From a virus (taxonomy: Duplodnaviria > Caudoviricetes): DNA of 31,826 bases. The stretch is taken from positions 1-31,826 of IMG/VR virus record IMGVR_UViG_3300037424_001572, one strand, 5' to 3'. Positions 8,318 through 17,488 of this stretch are shown here, in pieces. The translations under genes and the position numbers were made by a program. Below the pieces are notes generated by a model that saw only the letters and a list, made by a program, of their open reading frames with translations, was not told the origin of the DNA and did no database searches. Position 1 is the stretch's first letter, and each line of letters opens with the position of its first letter.

Positions 8318-9439
8318 GTGGCGCTCAACACAAACGACGGTCGGCTCGACATCGCAACCGGCTCGCTGGACGTGACCAGCATGCGCTACCACGAGCTGTG
8401 GTTGCAGCGGTGGCTCTACCAGCGCTTCTTCGTCCGAGAGGGGTACCCTGTTCCGGTGGTTTTCTCCACCCCCATGGACGCGTTCGGCACTTTCGCCAGG
8501 CTCTGGTCTGACGACCAGAACCCGTTCGCCTACCTGCTGGACCTCAAAGACGAGAACGGAGCCCCGCTTTACCAGCCTTTCCCAGGCCCGGTGCGCTACC
8601 CTCTCATCTCGGTGACCAGGAAGAACATCCAGTACCGGACGCAGCAGAATTTCTCCATACACCGCTGGCGGCACATCAACTGGCCAACCGTCAGCGACGC
8701 CGGAGAAGAGGTTTACGGGCGGGAGCAGCAAGGCGTCGGGCTGACGCAGTGCAACCTCGGAAACGTCACCACGGCGATGATGCCGATGGCGTTCAACTAT
8801 CGATTCCAGATCGATCACTTCTGCCTGCGCCCCGACACCCAAGCCTTTTTCATTGAGCGCCTGCTACGGCAGTTCTGGCGCACCGGTGGAGCGCTTCAGA
8901 CCTGGATTCAGGTGATTTATCCGGGCTGGGGCGAGCAGCTGGTGCGGATGTTCGTGGAGGGCGACGTGGTGGAGCATCCGGCACCGGAGAAGGAGGACAA
9001 CAAGGCCATCGAGTTCAGGACAACGGCCAGCATCGTGGTCGAGGGCTACAGCGTGGACGTGGACTACAAGGTCTACCCGGCGCTCTGGTACTACGTCTTT
9101 CGGAATGTCCTGCCGGAGGACGCCGAGGCCTTGGGCCTGCCAATCGGCAAGGTGGACATGCGTCCTGTCAGCGAGAACACGATCTTCGATGACCGGGCCG
9201 ACGAATTTCCCAGCGCGGGGACGTGCGCAGAGGCCATCATCCAGCAGGAGTGGCTCTCCACCGGCACGCACTACGTCTACACCGGAGACCCAGGCGTGCA
9301 GACGAGCACACCGGACAACCTCATCGGCGGGAACAACACCCCGGTGCTCGACCCAACTGACGCGCAGTACCATCCGCCAGGCTGGGCGTACGGCATCGAC
9401 TCAACCGAAGAGGTAGGCACACCGACGGTGACCTCATGA
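8318..9439 (+). CDS. Putative tail terminator/sheath stabiliser (gp15-like)
   Basis: 'VPVVFSTP', 'RYPLISVTR', 'PMAFNYRFQID', 'FRTTASIVVEGY' patterns; immediately upstream of sheath; GTG start 4 nt after TAGTTA. Confidence 0.6.
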   Translation: MALNTNDGRLDIATGSLDVTSMRYHELWLQRWLYQRFFVREGYPVPVVFSTPMDAFGTFARLWSDDQNPFAYLLDLKDENGAPLYQPFPGPVRYPLISVTRKNIQYRTQQNFSIHRWRHINWPTVSDAGEEVYGREQQGVGLTQCNLGNVTTAMMPMAFNYRFQIDHFCLRPDTQAFFIERLLRQFWRTGGALQTWIQVIYPGWGEQLVRMFVEGDVVEHPAPEKEDNKAIEFRTTASIVVEGYSVDVDYKVYPALWYYVFRNVLPEDAEALGLPIGKVDMRPVSENTIFDDRADEFPSAGTCAEAIIQQEWLSTGTHYVYTGDPGVQTSTPDNLIGGNNTPVLDPTDAQYHPPGWAYGIDSTEEVGTPTVTS

Positions 9440-9575
9440 GCACGAGCGTAGTTAATGTCGGATGAGTGCTGAATCTTGCTGCGCCACGCGCCTATTGGCG
9501 GGAGCGGCCCGACGTTTACGCCAGACGATCGGGACTGAGGCAGAGCACCTGGCGTAGTTAAAGCGAGATACGACT
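9439..9575 (+). promoter_or_regulatory. Tandem TAGTTA elements with potentially structured leader before sheath gene
   Basis: gagcac-N2/3-gcgtagttaa occurs at 9439-9455 and 9543-9561; inverted repeats lie between them. Confidence 0.5.
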
Positions 9576-11792
9576 ATGGCAACGATCAGGACCAAAACTT
9601 TTCCTGGGGTTTATACCCAAATCGTCGATCGCAGCTACCTCCTGCCTCAGACGAGCCGCTTCGCAGGCGGCTTGGTGGGCGTGGCGCGCAAGGGCACGTT
9701 CGATACGCCCACAGCTGTTCGATCCCTCCAGGAGTTCCAGCGACTGTTCGGCCAGCCTCTGGCGGGGGACTATTTCCTCGCGAACGCTGTGGCCATCCTG
9801 TCCGACCTCACCGACGGCCTGTGGGTGGTGCGCGTCGGGCTGCGTTCCGAGAGTCTGCCTGGAGCCGTGTTTACGGCGTCGGCGCTCTCCGTCACCGGTA
9901 CGGTCACGCCTTACGCCAAAGGTCAGGTGCTTGACCCGACGGTGTGGAGCGGGCAGGGCGACGTTTACGTTACGGTCAAGCAGGCGGGTCTGGAGCAGAC
10001 GGTCAACCAAGTGGTGACCTCGGTCGGCTCGATCGGCCCGGACAGTGCGCTGATTTCGTTTACGGATGCCGATGCCATCAAGGCGCTATACACCAGCGCC
10101 ACGGTCGAATACTCGATCGGCAATGCCCACGCTAATGAGGCGCAGGCCGCGCTCTACGCCTACACCTATGGCTCCAACTCGGGCGACCCGTACGATGCCC
10201 CGCTCTACGGCGGCTCCTACCAGGTCACGGCCTCTGGCGACAAGGGCGACTACGAGTTCCAGCTCATCCACCCGAGCACCTACACGGTGTTCGCAGCCGG
10301 TGATCTGCTCAAACTGGTGCAGACCGGCAAGGCGGACACCCAGGAAGTCCGGGTTCGGCAGGCGCTCCCCGACGGACGAATCCTGCTGGAAACGACCGAT
10401 CTGCCCGGTCAGGGCTACCAAGCCTTGGCGCTCCAGGACAGCTACACGGCGGCCACTGTCTACCGCAAGACAGGCGCGCTCCGTTACATCACCCTGGAGG
10501 GGGCGAGTGCTGGCGACTGGGCCAACAGCGCCGACATCAGCGCAGGCCTCTTCGTCAAGGTGCGCCCCGGTGGTGCCGCCAACACCAAGAAGTTCGAGGT
10601 CTACGAAGACGGAGCCTTGGTCGAGACGGTCGACAACCTCTACAATGGGGCGGGCACGCTGAGCTGGTCTGGCCGCATTAACGGCAACAGCCAGCTCATC
10701 AGCGTGGTGTCTGTGGCGACCTCCGGCACGCTCAATTACCTCCCGGCCAACTACAGCTACGGCTACGAGGTTGGCGCGGCGCTCATCAACGCCGGAATCA
10801 ACAGCTCAGGCGGTGCCTTTGGCGGAGGCTACAACGGCGAGGCTGCCGGGGCGACGGACTTCATCGGGCGCTACGATCCGGCCACTGACCGGTTTACCGG
10901 CATCCAGAGCTTCATCGACACGCAGGCGGCCAGGGTTGACCTTCTCTGCTGCCCTGGAGTCACCGATGGTGGTAGCTATGATCCGCTGGACGGCGACACC
11001 AATGGACTGCACCGGATGATGTACCAGGTGGCCAACCGCATCAACGCGCTGGCCCTGATCGACATTCCCCCTGGGCTCAATGCCCGCCAGGCGATCGACT
11101 GGCACAACGGCGCAGGCCTCTACAGTGGCCGTGGCCGCCTCGACAGCTACAACATCAGCTGTTTCTGGAATTGGTTCACGATCAGTGATCCGTTCACCGG
11201 AGAGGACAAGAGTGTGCCGCCGACCCTTGGTGCGCTGCGCTGCCTGGCGTTCACCTTCGACCGCGACAAGCCCTGGTACGTGGCCGCTGGCGATGTGCGC
11301 GGGCTTATCCCCGAAGCCAAGTTCGTTGAATTCGAGCACGTGTCCGACGACACCAGGCAGTCGATGTACGGCAACGGGCAGTCGGTCAACGGCATCTTCC
11401 TGGACCGGGCTCAGATCAAGCTGTGGGGCGAGCGGACGATGCAGGTGGCGGAGAGCAAGCTCTCGGTCAATCACAACGTCATCCTCGTCAACTACGTGGT
11501 CAACAACCTCTCGGAGATTGGACGGCGGTTCATCTTCGAGCCGAACGACCCCGAGCTGCTTGTGCGCGTCCGGTTGGCGTACACCCAGTTCCTGGACAAC
11601 GTCAAGACCGAGCGCGGCATCGAGGAATACCTGCTGGTCATCGACGACACCAACAACACGCCGGACACGCGGAACAACCGCGAGGTCATCGTTGACCTGG
11701 CCATCATCCCGACCGACTCGGTCGAGCGGATTTTCATCACGGCGACTGTCCGCGAGAGCGGTGCGATCCTGGATGCGCTGCAAGCTGAATAA
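9576..11792 (+). CDS. Contractile tail sheath protein (gp18-like)
   Basis: N-terminal 'FPGVYTQIVD', 'KGTFDTPTAV...EFQRLFGQP'; C-terminal 'PWYVAAG..RG', 'LWGERT', 'FIFEPND', 'DDTNNTP', 'IIPTDSVERI'. Confidence 0.95.
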   Translation: MATIRTKTFPGVYTQIVDRSYLLPQTSRFAGGLVGVARKGTFDTPTAVRSLQEFQRLFGQPLAGDYFLANAVAILSDLTDGLWVVRVGLRSESLPGAVFTASALSVTGTVTPYAKGQVLDPTVWSGQGDVYVTVKQAGLEQTVNQVVTSVGSIGPDSALISFTDADAIKALYTSATVEYSIGNAHANEAQAALYAYTYGSNSGDPYDAPLYGGSYQVTASGDKGDYEFQLIHPSTYTVFAAGDLLKLVQTGKADTQEVRVRQALPDGRILLETTDLPGQGYQALALQDSYTAATVYRKTGALRYITLEGASAGDWANSADISAGLFVKVRPGGAANTKKFEVYEDGALVETVDNLYNGAGTLSWSGRINGNSQLISVVSVATSGTLNYLPANYSYGYEVGAALINAGINSSGGAFGGGYNGEAAGATDFIGRYDPATDRFTGIQSFIDTQAARVDLLCCPGVTDGGSYDPLDGDTNGLHRMMYQVANRINALALIDIPPGLNARQAIDWHNGAGLYSGRGRLDSYNISCFWNWFTISDPFTGEDKSVPPTLGALRCLAFTFDRDKPWYVAAGDVRGLIPEAKFVEFEHVSDDTRQSMYGNGQSVNGIFLDRAQIKLWGERTMQVAESKLSVNHNVILVNYVVNNLSEIGRRFIFEPNDPELLVRVRLAYTQFLDNVKTERGIEEYLLVIDDTNNTPDTRNNREVIVDLAIIPTDSVERIFITATVRESGAILDALQAE

Positions 11793-11812
11793 CCCAAGAG
11801 ACCTAACGTTTT

Positions 11813-12418
11813 ATGGCAAGACTGCGCTACAAGAACACGTTCGCGTCGCAGAACTCGCGACTCGATCTTCAGCGTGTTGATCTGTTCAAGGTCACGCTCG
11901 AACTGCCGACTGCCCTTGGGCTGCCGTGGGACGAGCACGTTGAGTTCGCGATTGAGAAGTTCCCGTTCCCGGACAGGAACAAGGAGCTTGTCGACATCAA
12001 GTACCTTCAGCAAACCAACAAGCAGCTCGGTGCCGACACGGCCTCAACGCCTGTCGACATCACGGTGCGCTATGCCTTCGCACAGCGCACCGCTGAGGCC
12101 CTGGAGAAGTGGTTCTGGCTCATCGCCAATCCTCTGACCGGCGGCGTCGGGCTGACCAGTGAGGTCAAGTGCAAGGGGTACCTGCGATGGCTGGTGCCAA
12201 ACATGCGCAAGCAGATCGCCGACATCCGAAGCCAGGCACTCCCAGGCGAGGACACCATGCGCGACGGAGCCGTTTACGTGCTGGAAGGCTGCCTGATCGC
12301 TGGCCTGAAGTTCGTCGACGCGGACATGACCGCGTCGACCATGGTGAACATGCAGTTCCGGCTGTCGGTTGACCGCTGGTACCCCGAGAACATCGACGCC
12401 CTACAGGTCACCTACTAA
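11813..12418 (+). CDS. Tail tube protein (gp19-like)
   Basis: Directly after the sheath; 201 aa; 'LEKWF...NPLTGGVG', 'YVLEGCLI', 'FRLSVDRW'. Confidence 0.85.
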   Translation: MARLRYKNTFASQNSRLDLQRVDLFKVTLELPTALGLPWDEHVEFAIEKFPFPDRNKELVDIKYLQQTNKQLGADTASTPVDITVRYAFAQRTAEALEKWFWLIANPLTGGVGLTSEVKCKGYLRWLVPNMRKQIADIRSQALPGEDTMRDGAVYVLEGCLIAGLKFVDADMTASTMVNMQFRLSVDRWYPENIDALQVTY

Positions 12419-13473
12419 TGCGCCAGCCGTATAATCTCAGGCTACTGGAGGCTGGGCACACCTACGGGATGCTGACCGTGGTGTCCGATAAGCCTGGAAC
12501 TGACCCAGTGTTTTCTTGCGGCTGTGGGCAAATATGTGCGAAAGACAGAAATGCCGTGCGCAAAGGGCTTACGAAAAGCTGCGGATGCTTGCACAGGGCG
12601 CACGGCGCTAATCTCGGACACGCACGAGCCAAGCAACCTGGTTACAGCGAAGCCATCATCCACTATGGGTCGTATTTTCGACGAGCAAGACGAAAAGGCC
12701 TAGCCTGGAGCCTCAGCTTCGACGAATTCACAGAGATAGCGCAGCAGCCGTGCTTTTATTGCGGACAAGCGCCTAGCCTTGGCCGTGTGTTCAAACACAA
12801 CGGCATAGACCGCTACGATTCAAGCATGGGATACTGCTCTGCGAACAGCGTCTCATGCTGCTCGATCTGTAACAGGGCAAAGTCTAATCTGCTGCCGTCT
12901 GAATTTGAAGGGTGGATCGAGCGAGTTCAAGGCGGCAGCGTTCAGTACAGGCCCAATGGCTACGTAGCCATAGACAAAATCACAGACGTTTTTGGTAATG
13001 AGGTCAGCTGGGAGCGCGCCGTAAAATACGGATGGCTACAAACGTCCTATGCCACCAGCAAGCAATCTGACGGCGTCTACAAGCAGGAATTTGCCAATCT
13101 CTTCGTGGATCAGGGACGCCAGCTCCTGGCGTACTGCTTTGCCTTCCGTGCGCCGATCGAGAACTACACCTGCTCGAAGTTTGGTGTCGGCACAGGCACC
13201 ACCGCCGCAGCCGTCACCGACGTGGGCCTGGAGGCCCCAGTAGCACTCTCCAGTGGCAACTTTACCGGCCCGCTGGACAGCGTGGACTTCCTGACGGCCT
13301 TCGTGGTGCGCGCTTCGTTTACGCTGGGGCTCTCCGACGCCAACGGGAGCCTGATCACAGAGATGGGCCTCTTCAGCGGGAACGACTCACTGATGGCCCG
13401 CCGTGTCCGGACGGTAGGTATTAACAAGACGAGCGATTTTGCGCCGACGCTCACGTGGCGGCTTCGCTTCTAG
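12418..13473 (+). CDS. HNH endonuclease fused to tail-collar/fibre-base-like structural domain
   Basis: N-half: 'CFYCG...NGIDRYDSSMGY...NSVSCCSICNRAKS'. C-half: 'NLFVDQGRQLL...FGVGTGTT...ITEMGLFS...MARRV...INKTSDF...TWRLRF'. TAATG coupling to the tube gene. Confidence 0.8.
   Translation: MRQPYNLRLLEAGHTYGMLTVVSDKPGTDPVFSCGCGQICAKDRNAVRKGLTKSCGCLHRAHGANLGHARAKQPGYSEAIIHYGSYFRRARRKGLAWSLSFDEFTEIAQQPCFYCGQAPSLGRVFKHNGIDRYDSSMGYCSANSVSCCSICNRAKSNLLPSEFEGWIERVQGGSVQYRPNGYVAIDKITDVFGNEVSWERAVKYGWLQTSYATSKQSDGVYKQEFANLFVDQGRQLLAYCFAFRAPIENYTCSKFGVGTGTTAAAVTDVGLEAPVALSSGNFTGPLDSVDFLTAFVVRASFTLGLSDANGSLITEMGLFSGNDSLMARRVRTVGINKTSDFAPTLTWRLRF
12421..12948 (+). mobile_element. Probable homing endonuclease insertion
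   Basis: HNH motifs, with visibly more A/T-ending codons than the flanking tail genes. Boundaries approximate. Confidence 0.6.
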
Positions 13474-13485
13474 GAGACACACAAA

Positions 13486-13839
13486 ATGGTAGTCCATGTG
13501 ACCGATGGTCAGGTTGTGGGGGAGACCGAAGCAACCCTCTGGTCGGTGATCCAACAGGGGCCTGTGGCCATGCTGGTGATCATCAAGAACTCCGGCGTGA
13601 ACACGATGAACTATCGGTTCCAGGAGTACAACGGCACCGCGTGGGTCGACCTTGGAGCCTCCGGCACCGACTACTACAACACCCTCACCGCTGCGCAGGT
13701 GCGCTCCTTCAAGGTCACGAGCAACTATCCGCAGGTGCGGATGGTCGGAAACGCCAGCGGGGGTGCGTTCATCGACTTCAGCGTGGACCGCTACTACAAC
13801 CGGGCCGCAGGCGGCGCGATCCCGATCTTGGCGCTCTAG
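13486..13839 (+). CDS. Hypothetical beta-rich virion protein (paralog family member 2)
   Basis: 'KNSGVNTMNYRFQEYNGTAWVDLG'; AGGAG upstream. Confidence 0.65.
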   Translation: MVVHVTDGQVVGETEATLWSVIQQGPVAMLVIIKNSGVNTMNYRFQEYNGTAWVDLGASGTDYYNTLTAAQVRSFKVTSNYPQVRMVGNASGGAFIDFSVDRYYNRAAGGAIPILAL

Positions 13840-14708
13840 TCCACGAAGGCCGTCTTCTTGCGCTGGTTGCCCTCGTAGGCCCGGAAGACCGGCCCGTAGT
13901 AGTGCCACAGTTCGATCATGTCCATTGACCTGACAACCTTGGGGTCTGCCAGGTCAAGTGGCGCAGGCGGTGGCACCCCAGGTATGTCAGGGTTCAGCAG
14001 GGTTCGCCCCAAGTCCTCGTAGAAGCCGTCCAGGTGCTTGAGGGGAATCTGGGCCTCCACGGCCTGGAGCGCCTCAGCGAAGCTCATCTCCGGCGTCACC
14101 GCCTCGAACAGGTTCTTGAGCTTCACCGGCCCCCAGCCATTGATACCTGGGATGCCGTCGATCTTGTCGCCAAGGATCGCCAAGGCGATGGCCATCTGGT
14201 TGGAACGTTTGACCTTCCACTTCGAGCATATCCACCCGCTGTTGAGCAGTTGCTTCTTGTTGAGGCAGTAGAAGTGGACGTTTTTGCCCTGGAGCTGCTG
14301 GAGGTCTTTGTCTCCGGAGGCCACATAGACCGTATCGGCTGTGCTGTGAAAGACGGCAGTGGCCACGATGTCGTCGGCCTCGACGCCGTCGACCTTTGCA
14401 TGCGCGCAGCCGGTTATGTCGTAGAGGGCCTCGATGGACTCTGCCCTGGCCTCGTAGTAGCCGTCGGGCTTTTCCGCCCGCTCGCCCTTCTTGTAGCCCA
14501 GATCATGCTTGTCCTCTCCGTCCCAGGCAAAGAGCACGCGGTCAACGTACTCTCCCAGGCGGTCTCCGTGGCCGTCCAGGAGCGCCACGGCGCTGAAGAG
14601 GGTGGCCTGTACGGCCTTGTGGATGCGGTTCCGCCCATGGAAGTCGGCCTGGGTCGCGAAAAAGGCTCTCGCGAACAGGCTGCTGCCGTCTACAAGCAGG
14701 TCGGTCAC
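13836..14708 (-). CDS. 5'-3' exonuclease / flap endonuclease (T4 RNase H-like)
   Basis: 'LLVDGSSL', 'FAWDG', 'GVEADDIVA', 'SGDKDLQQL', 'LGDKIDGIPGINGWGP' are the FEN/Pol I 5'-exonuclease acidic motifs and H3TH. Confidence 0.92.
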   Translation of the reverse strand: MTDLLVDGSSLFARAFFATQADFHGRNRIHKAVQATLFSAVALLDGHGDRLGEYVDRVLFAWDGEDKHDLGYKKGERAEKPDGYYEARAESIEALYDITGCAHAKVDGVEADDIVATAVFHSTADTVYVASGDKDLQQLQGKNVHFYCLNKKQLLNSGWICSKWKVKRSNQMAIALAILGDKIDGIPGINGWGPVKLKNLFEAVTPEMSFAEALQAVEAQIPLKHLDGFYEDLGRTLLNPDIPGVPPPAPLDLADPKVVRSMDMIELWHYYGPVFRAYEGNQRKKTAFVD

Positions 14709-14902
14709 AGGTCAGGCATTTCGGAGGCTTCTTCGCGAAGGCGCTCGGCGGCGTCCTTGAGGTACTCATCGAGCACCCAGTCCGGCACCTTCGATACGTC
14801 GCAGGTAAAGCCGCGTCGGAGCCAGCAAAGGTCAAAGACCTTTTGCCAGCGATGGAGTAACCTTTCCGGCGCGGCCCGAACGAAAAAATTCCGGCCCCAC
14901 AT
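14705..14902 (-). CDS. Small gp51-like baseplate assembly ORF, or frameshifted extension of the upstream gene
   Basis: Stop overlaps the exonuclease start (GTGA); position matches the T4 gp26/gp51 arrangement; overlaps the upstream ORF by ~70 nt. Confidence 0.5.
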   Translation of the reverse strand: MWGRNFFVRAAPERLLHRWQKVFDLCWLRRGFTCDVSKVPDWVLDEYLKDAAERLREEASEMPDL

Positions 14903-15644
14903 CCAACGGCCACGTGTAAACGTTTCCGCAACGCTCGCACTTGTGCGGAATTTCCAGGTCGAAGTGAGGGGTGATGTTGTCCCCTGAGTCTTCCAGGAAT
15001 TTCACGTCTTTGGGCGGAATTGCCCGGTACCACTGAACCAACTCGATCATGTTGTCGGGCCGCTCCCCGTTCACGGTCACAATCATGGTCAGCATGCGTG
15101 CTATCGCGTCGGAGCACATCTCCTTGGACTCCGGGGTCCTGGTCATGATGTTGACTTCGTCCCCGACAAGGAGTGGCCGCAGCTCGACCACGTCCTGCAC
15201 CATCGGCAGCGTGAAAGCCTCCTTACCGGTGTAGTTGACCGGCTTGGTGCCGACCACTTGCAGCTCGTCCGGAACGATGATCTTTCCCTCTTCCTCAAAG
15301 CCGCAGGCGCTGCACCGAGAGGCGTAGGCTATCACGCAGTCGCTCTGGATGGAGCGCGAAATCATCAGGATGGGGAGCACGTCGCCGGACACAAACTGCT
15401 GGATAGGGCACCCGTTCAAGTTGGCAATCCTCTCCAGGATGCTGAACATGACCAGATCGGATTGGTCCTGTTTCTTGCGAAGATCGGTGAGCCAGGTATC
15501 CACTTCGGAATCCCAAGGGTAAATCACGATTTCCCCGTTGGGGAATGCTTGGGGGCAGCTGTACCCGCCGCTCAGGAGCTTGGCCTTGCGCGAGAACTTG
15601 TCTCGCCTCGGCGTCATGTCCTTCAGGTTTGTTTTGATTGGCAT
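14832..15644 (-). CDS. Baseplate hub assembly chaperone (gp26-like)
   Basis: Two CxxC motifs (CSAC, CERC), 'FTLP..QDVVELRPLLVGDE', near-terminal 'EFF'; follows the spike gene. Confidence 0.7.
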   Translation of the reverse strand: MPIKTNLKDMTPRRDKFSRKAKLLSGGYSCPQAFPNGEIVIYPWDSEVDTWLTDLRKKQDQSDLVMFSILERIANLNGCPIQQFVSGDVLPILMISRSIQSDCVIAYASRCSACGFEEEGKIIVPDELQVVGTKPVNYTGKEAFTLPMVQDVVELRPLLVGDEVNIMTRTPESKEMCSDAIARMLTMIVTVNGERPDNMIELVQWYRAIPPKDVKFLEDSGDNITPHFDLEIPHKCERCGNVYTWPLDVGPEFFRSGRAGKVTPSLAKGL

Positions 15645-15657
15645 ACTGAGAAGAACG

Positions 15658-16662
15658 CTATTCCCCGAAGATCGCCGTCGAAATCAGCTGGGGCACCTGC
15701 GGTTGCACCGCGCCCACCGGAGGTACCAGCGGAGGGCTTGTGGGCGATCCGGAGGCACCGCTGGTGTGCGTGTGGGTCGCCAGCCAAACCAGCAGCGAAG
15801 TGACCCAGAGGCTGAATTGCGTGCCCTTTACGAAGGGTTCGTTGGCTGAGGCGGCGCTGGTGCCGATCCGGGTGATCGGCGCTACGAAGGTCGATTGGGC
15901 CTGTGAGGTCAGGCTCGTGTTGAGCGCGCTTAGCGTAAAATCGTTTACGAATTCCCCATCGAAACCGCTGCTGCCGGTGAGATTGATCTGGCCGTTGAAG
16001 TCCAGCGTCGTGATCCCTAGGATGGTGGCGTCGAGCGTGTCAGCGCTGGTCAGGCGCAGGTTGCCGACCTCCAGGGTCAGCTCCTGGCCGATCTGCATCT
16101 GAAAGTCCTCCAGGATGTTCAAAAGGCCGCCCTGGGTCTGGTCGTTCAGCTCGAAAAGCTGGCCACTTTGGGTTACCAGCTGGAGGTAACCGTCGTTGCC
16201 GCTGGTGCTGGCATCCAACGCGAAAAGCCGGTACCCCCTGGAGGTCGTGAGCACGATGCTGCCTGCGTTCCATTCGATGGCGTGGCCGTAGCGCGTAAGC
16301 GCCGATCGATTGGGGAGTCCCTGTGACGGGCCGCTTGTGCCGTAAGAATGAAGCGCGAAGGCGGCAGCGGCCTGCGTAGTCTGCATCAGCCAGCTCCAGA
16401 CCGGCTTCTCTGGCTCCCCGTCGAGAAACTGAACAGCGACCTGGTCTCCGGGCTCAGGCAGCCAGTCCATGCCCCCGCTTTGCTGGCTCTGCCCGGCTGG
16501 CAGGCCTAACGGGATGGCCCACGGCAGGTCGTCCAGCGGCACTTGGCCCACCACGCTGCCAAGGATGCCGTAGACATGGGGCACCCTGACCTTCACGCGA
16601 CCCAGTTTTTCAGGATCGTTGACGGCTTCGACTTTGCCCACGTAAATGCCGTTCAGGTTCAT
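15658..16662 (-). CDS. Baseplate central spike (gp5/GpV/VgrG-like)
   Basis: OB-fold 'GKVEAVNDPEKLGRVKVRVP...PWA...LPEPGDQVAVQFLDGEPEKPVW', beta-helix-like body, C-terminal HxH 'THTHTSG'. Confidence 0.9.
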   Translation of the reverse strand: MNLNGIYVGKVEAVNDPEKLGRVKVRVPHVYGILGSVVGQVPLDDLPWAIPLGLPAGQSQQSGGMDWLPEPGDQVAVQFLDGEPEKPVWSWLMQTTQAAAAFALHSYGTSGPSQGLPNRSALTRYGHAIEWNAGSIVLTTSRGYRLFALDASTSGNDGYLQLVTQSGQLFELNDQTQGGLLNILEDFQMQIGQELTLEVGNLRLTSADTLDATILGITTLDFNGQINLTGSSGFDGEFVNDFTLSALNTSLTSQAQSTFVAPITRIGTSAASANEPFVKGTQFSLWVTSLLVWLATHTHTSGASGSPTSPPLVPPVGAVQPQVPQLISTAIFGE

Positions 16663-16690
16663 CAAACTACATAGTCTCGCTAGTTAGGGT

Positions 16691-17488
16691 ATGCCGTTGA
16701 TTTCGGACACGAGGAACATGTGGGGACGCCAGGGTGGTGAGAACGCGCAGCGCTCCGACCTTTGGCAGGTGGACCTTACCTCGGTGATTCTGGGGATAAA
16801 TTCGGCGTTGGGGACACAGTTCAGAGTCCTTCCACGGTGGTATCCGGCGTCGATTCAAATTCCCGAGCCCAAGGTGAAGGCCGAGCCCACTCGACGAGCC
16901 AGTCGAATGTACATGATGCCCGGATGGGACGAGCCGTTTGAAGCGGTGACTATGAGCCTGATTGTCGATGACGCAAGCAACGTGCGGAGAGTCGGCAACG
17001 GCATCCCGGAGGGCGAGGTCTACGCCATCCTGGATGCCTGGAGAAGCCTCGTCCGCAGCGGTCGTGGCTCTGTCGGCTCCGAATTTGATCCTCCGGTCTT
17101 GGATGAGAACTACCTTTCCACTTACGCGTTTACGATCTACGTCTACCTGCTTCGCGGCATCAGTCCCAGCACCAAATTCTTCGTCGACCAGAGCCGCGTC
17201 AGAGCCAACCAGGCCACCAACTCCGACGCCAACGCCATGTTTGGATCGCAGGACAGCCCGGCCCAGCGTAGTGTAAGAACGGCAAGCCAGTCGAGTGGCG
17301 TGCCCTTCGCGACAGGCCTGGACATCGCCGGTATGCTGGTGCTGGAGGAGGCGTGGCTGAGCGGCTTCAAGCTGGGCCAGCTCGCCTACCAGGGCGGCAG
17401 TATCCTGACATGTGACGCTACCATTCAGGTGGCCAACGTTCTTCAGTACACGAGCAACGGGGAGCGCACCCCGACGAGCTTTGAATAA
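16691..17488 (+). CDS. Tube-like baseplate protein (gp48/gp54-like)
   Basis: 'NAQRSDLWQVDL' mirrors tube 'DLQRVDLFKVTL'; 'LVLEEAWLSGFKLGQL' mirrors 'YVLEGCLIAGLKF'. TAGTTA 4 nt upstream. Confidence 0.65.
   Translation: MPLISDTRNMWGRQGGENAQRSDLWQVDLTSVILGINSALGTQFRVLPRWYPASIQIPEPKVKAEPTRRASRMYMMPGWDEPFEAVTMSLIVDDASNVRRVGNGIPEGEVYAILDAWRSLVRSGRGSVGSEFDPPVLDENYLSTYAFTIYVYLLRGISPSTKFFVDQSRVRANQATNSDANAMFGSQDSPAQRSVRTASQSSGVPFATGLDIAGMLVLEEAWLSGFKLGQLAYQGGSILTCDATIQVANVLQYTSNGERTPTSFE

Noticed and set aside
9455-9556. tRNA or hammerhead ribozyme in intergenic DNA
   Set aside because: No T-loop/cloverleaf and no CTGATGA...GAAA core seen.
12418-12950. Intein or canonical group I intron around the HNH domain
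   Set aside because: No intein terminal residues at plausible boundaries and no non-coding flanks for an intron core; unusual splicing cannot be excluded by eye.
9576-17488. Bacterial contractile injection system or tailocin instead of phage
   Set aside because: Primase, SbcCD, exonuclease, neck-like genes and homing endonucleases indicate a replicating phage.
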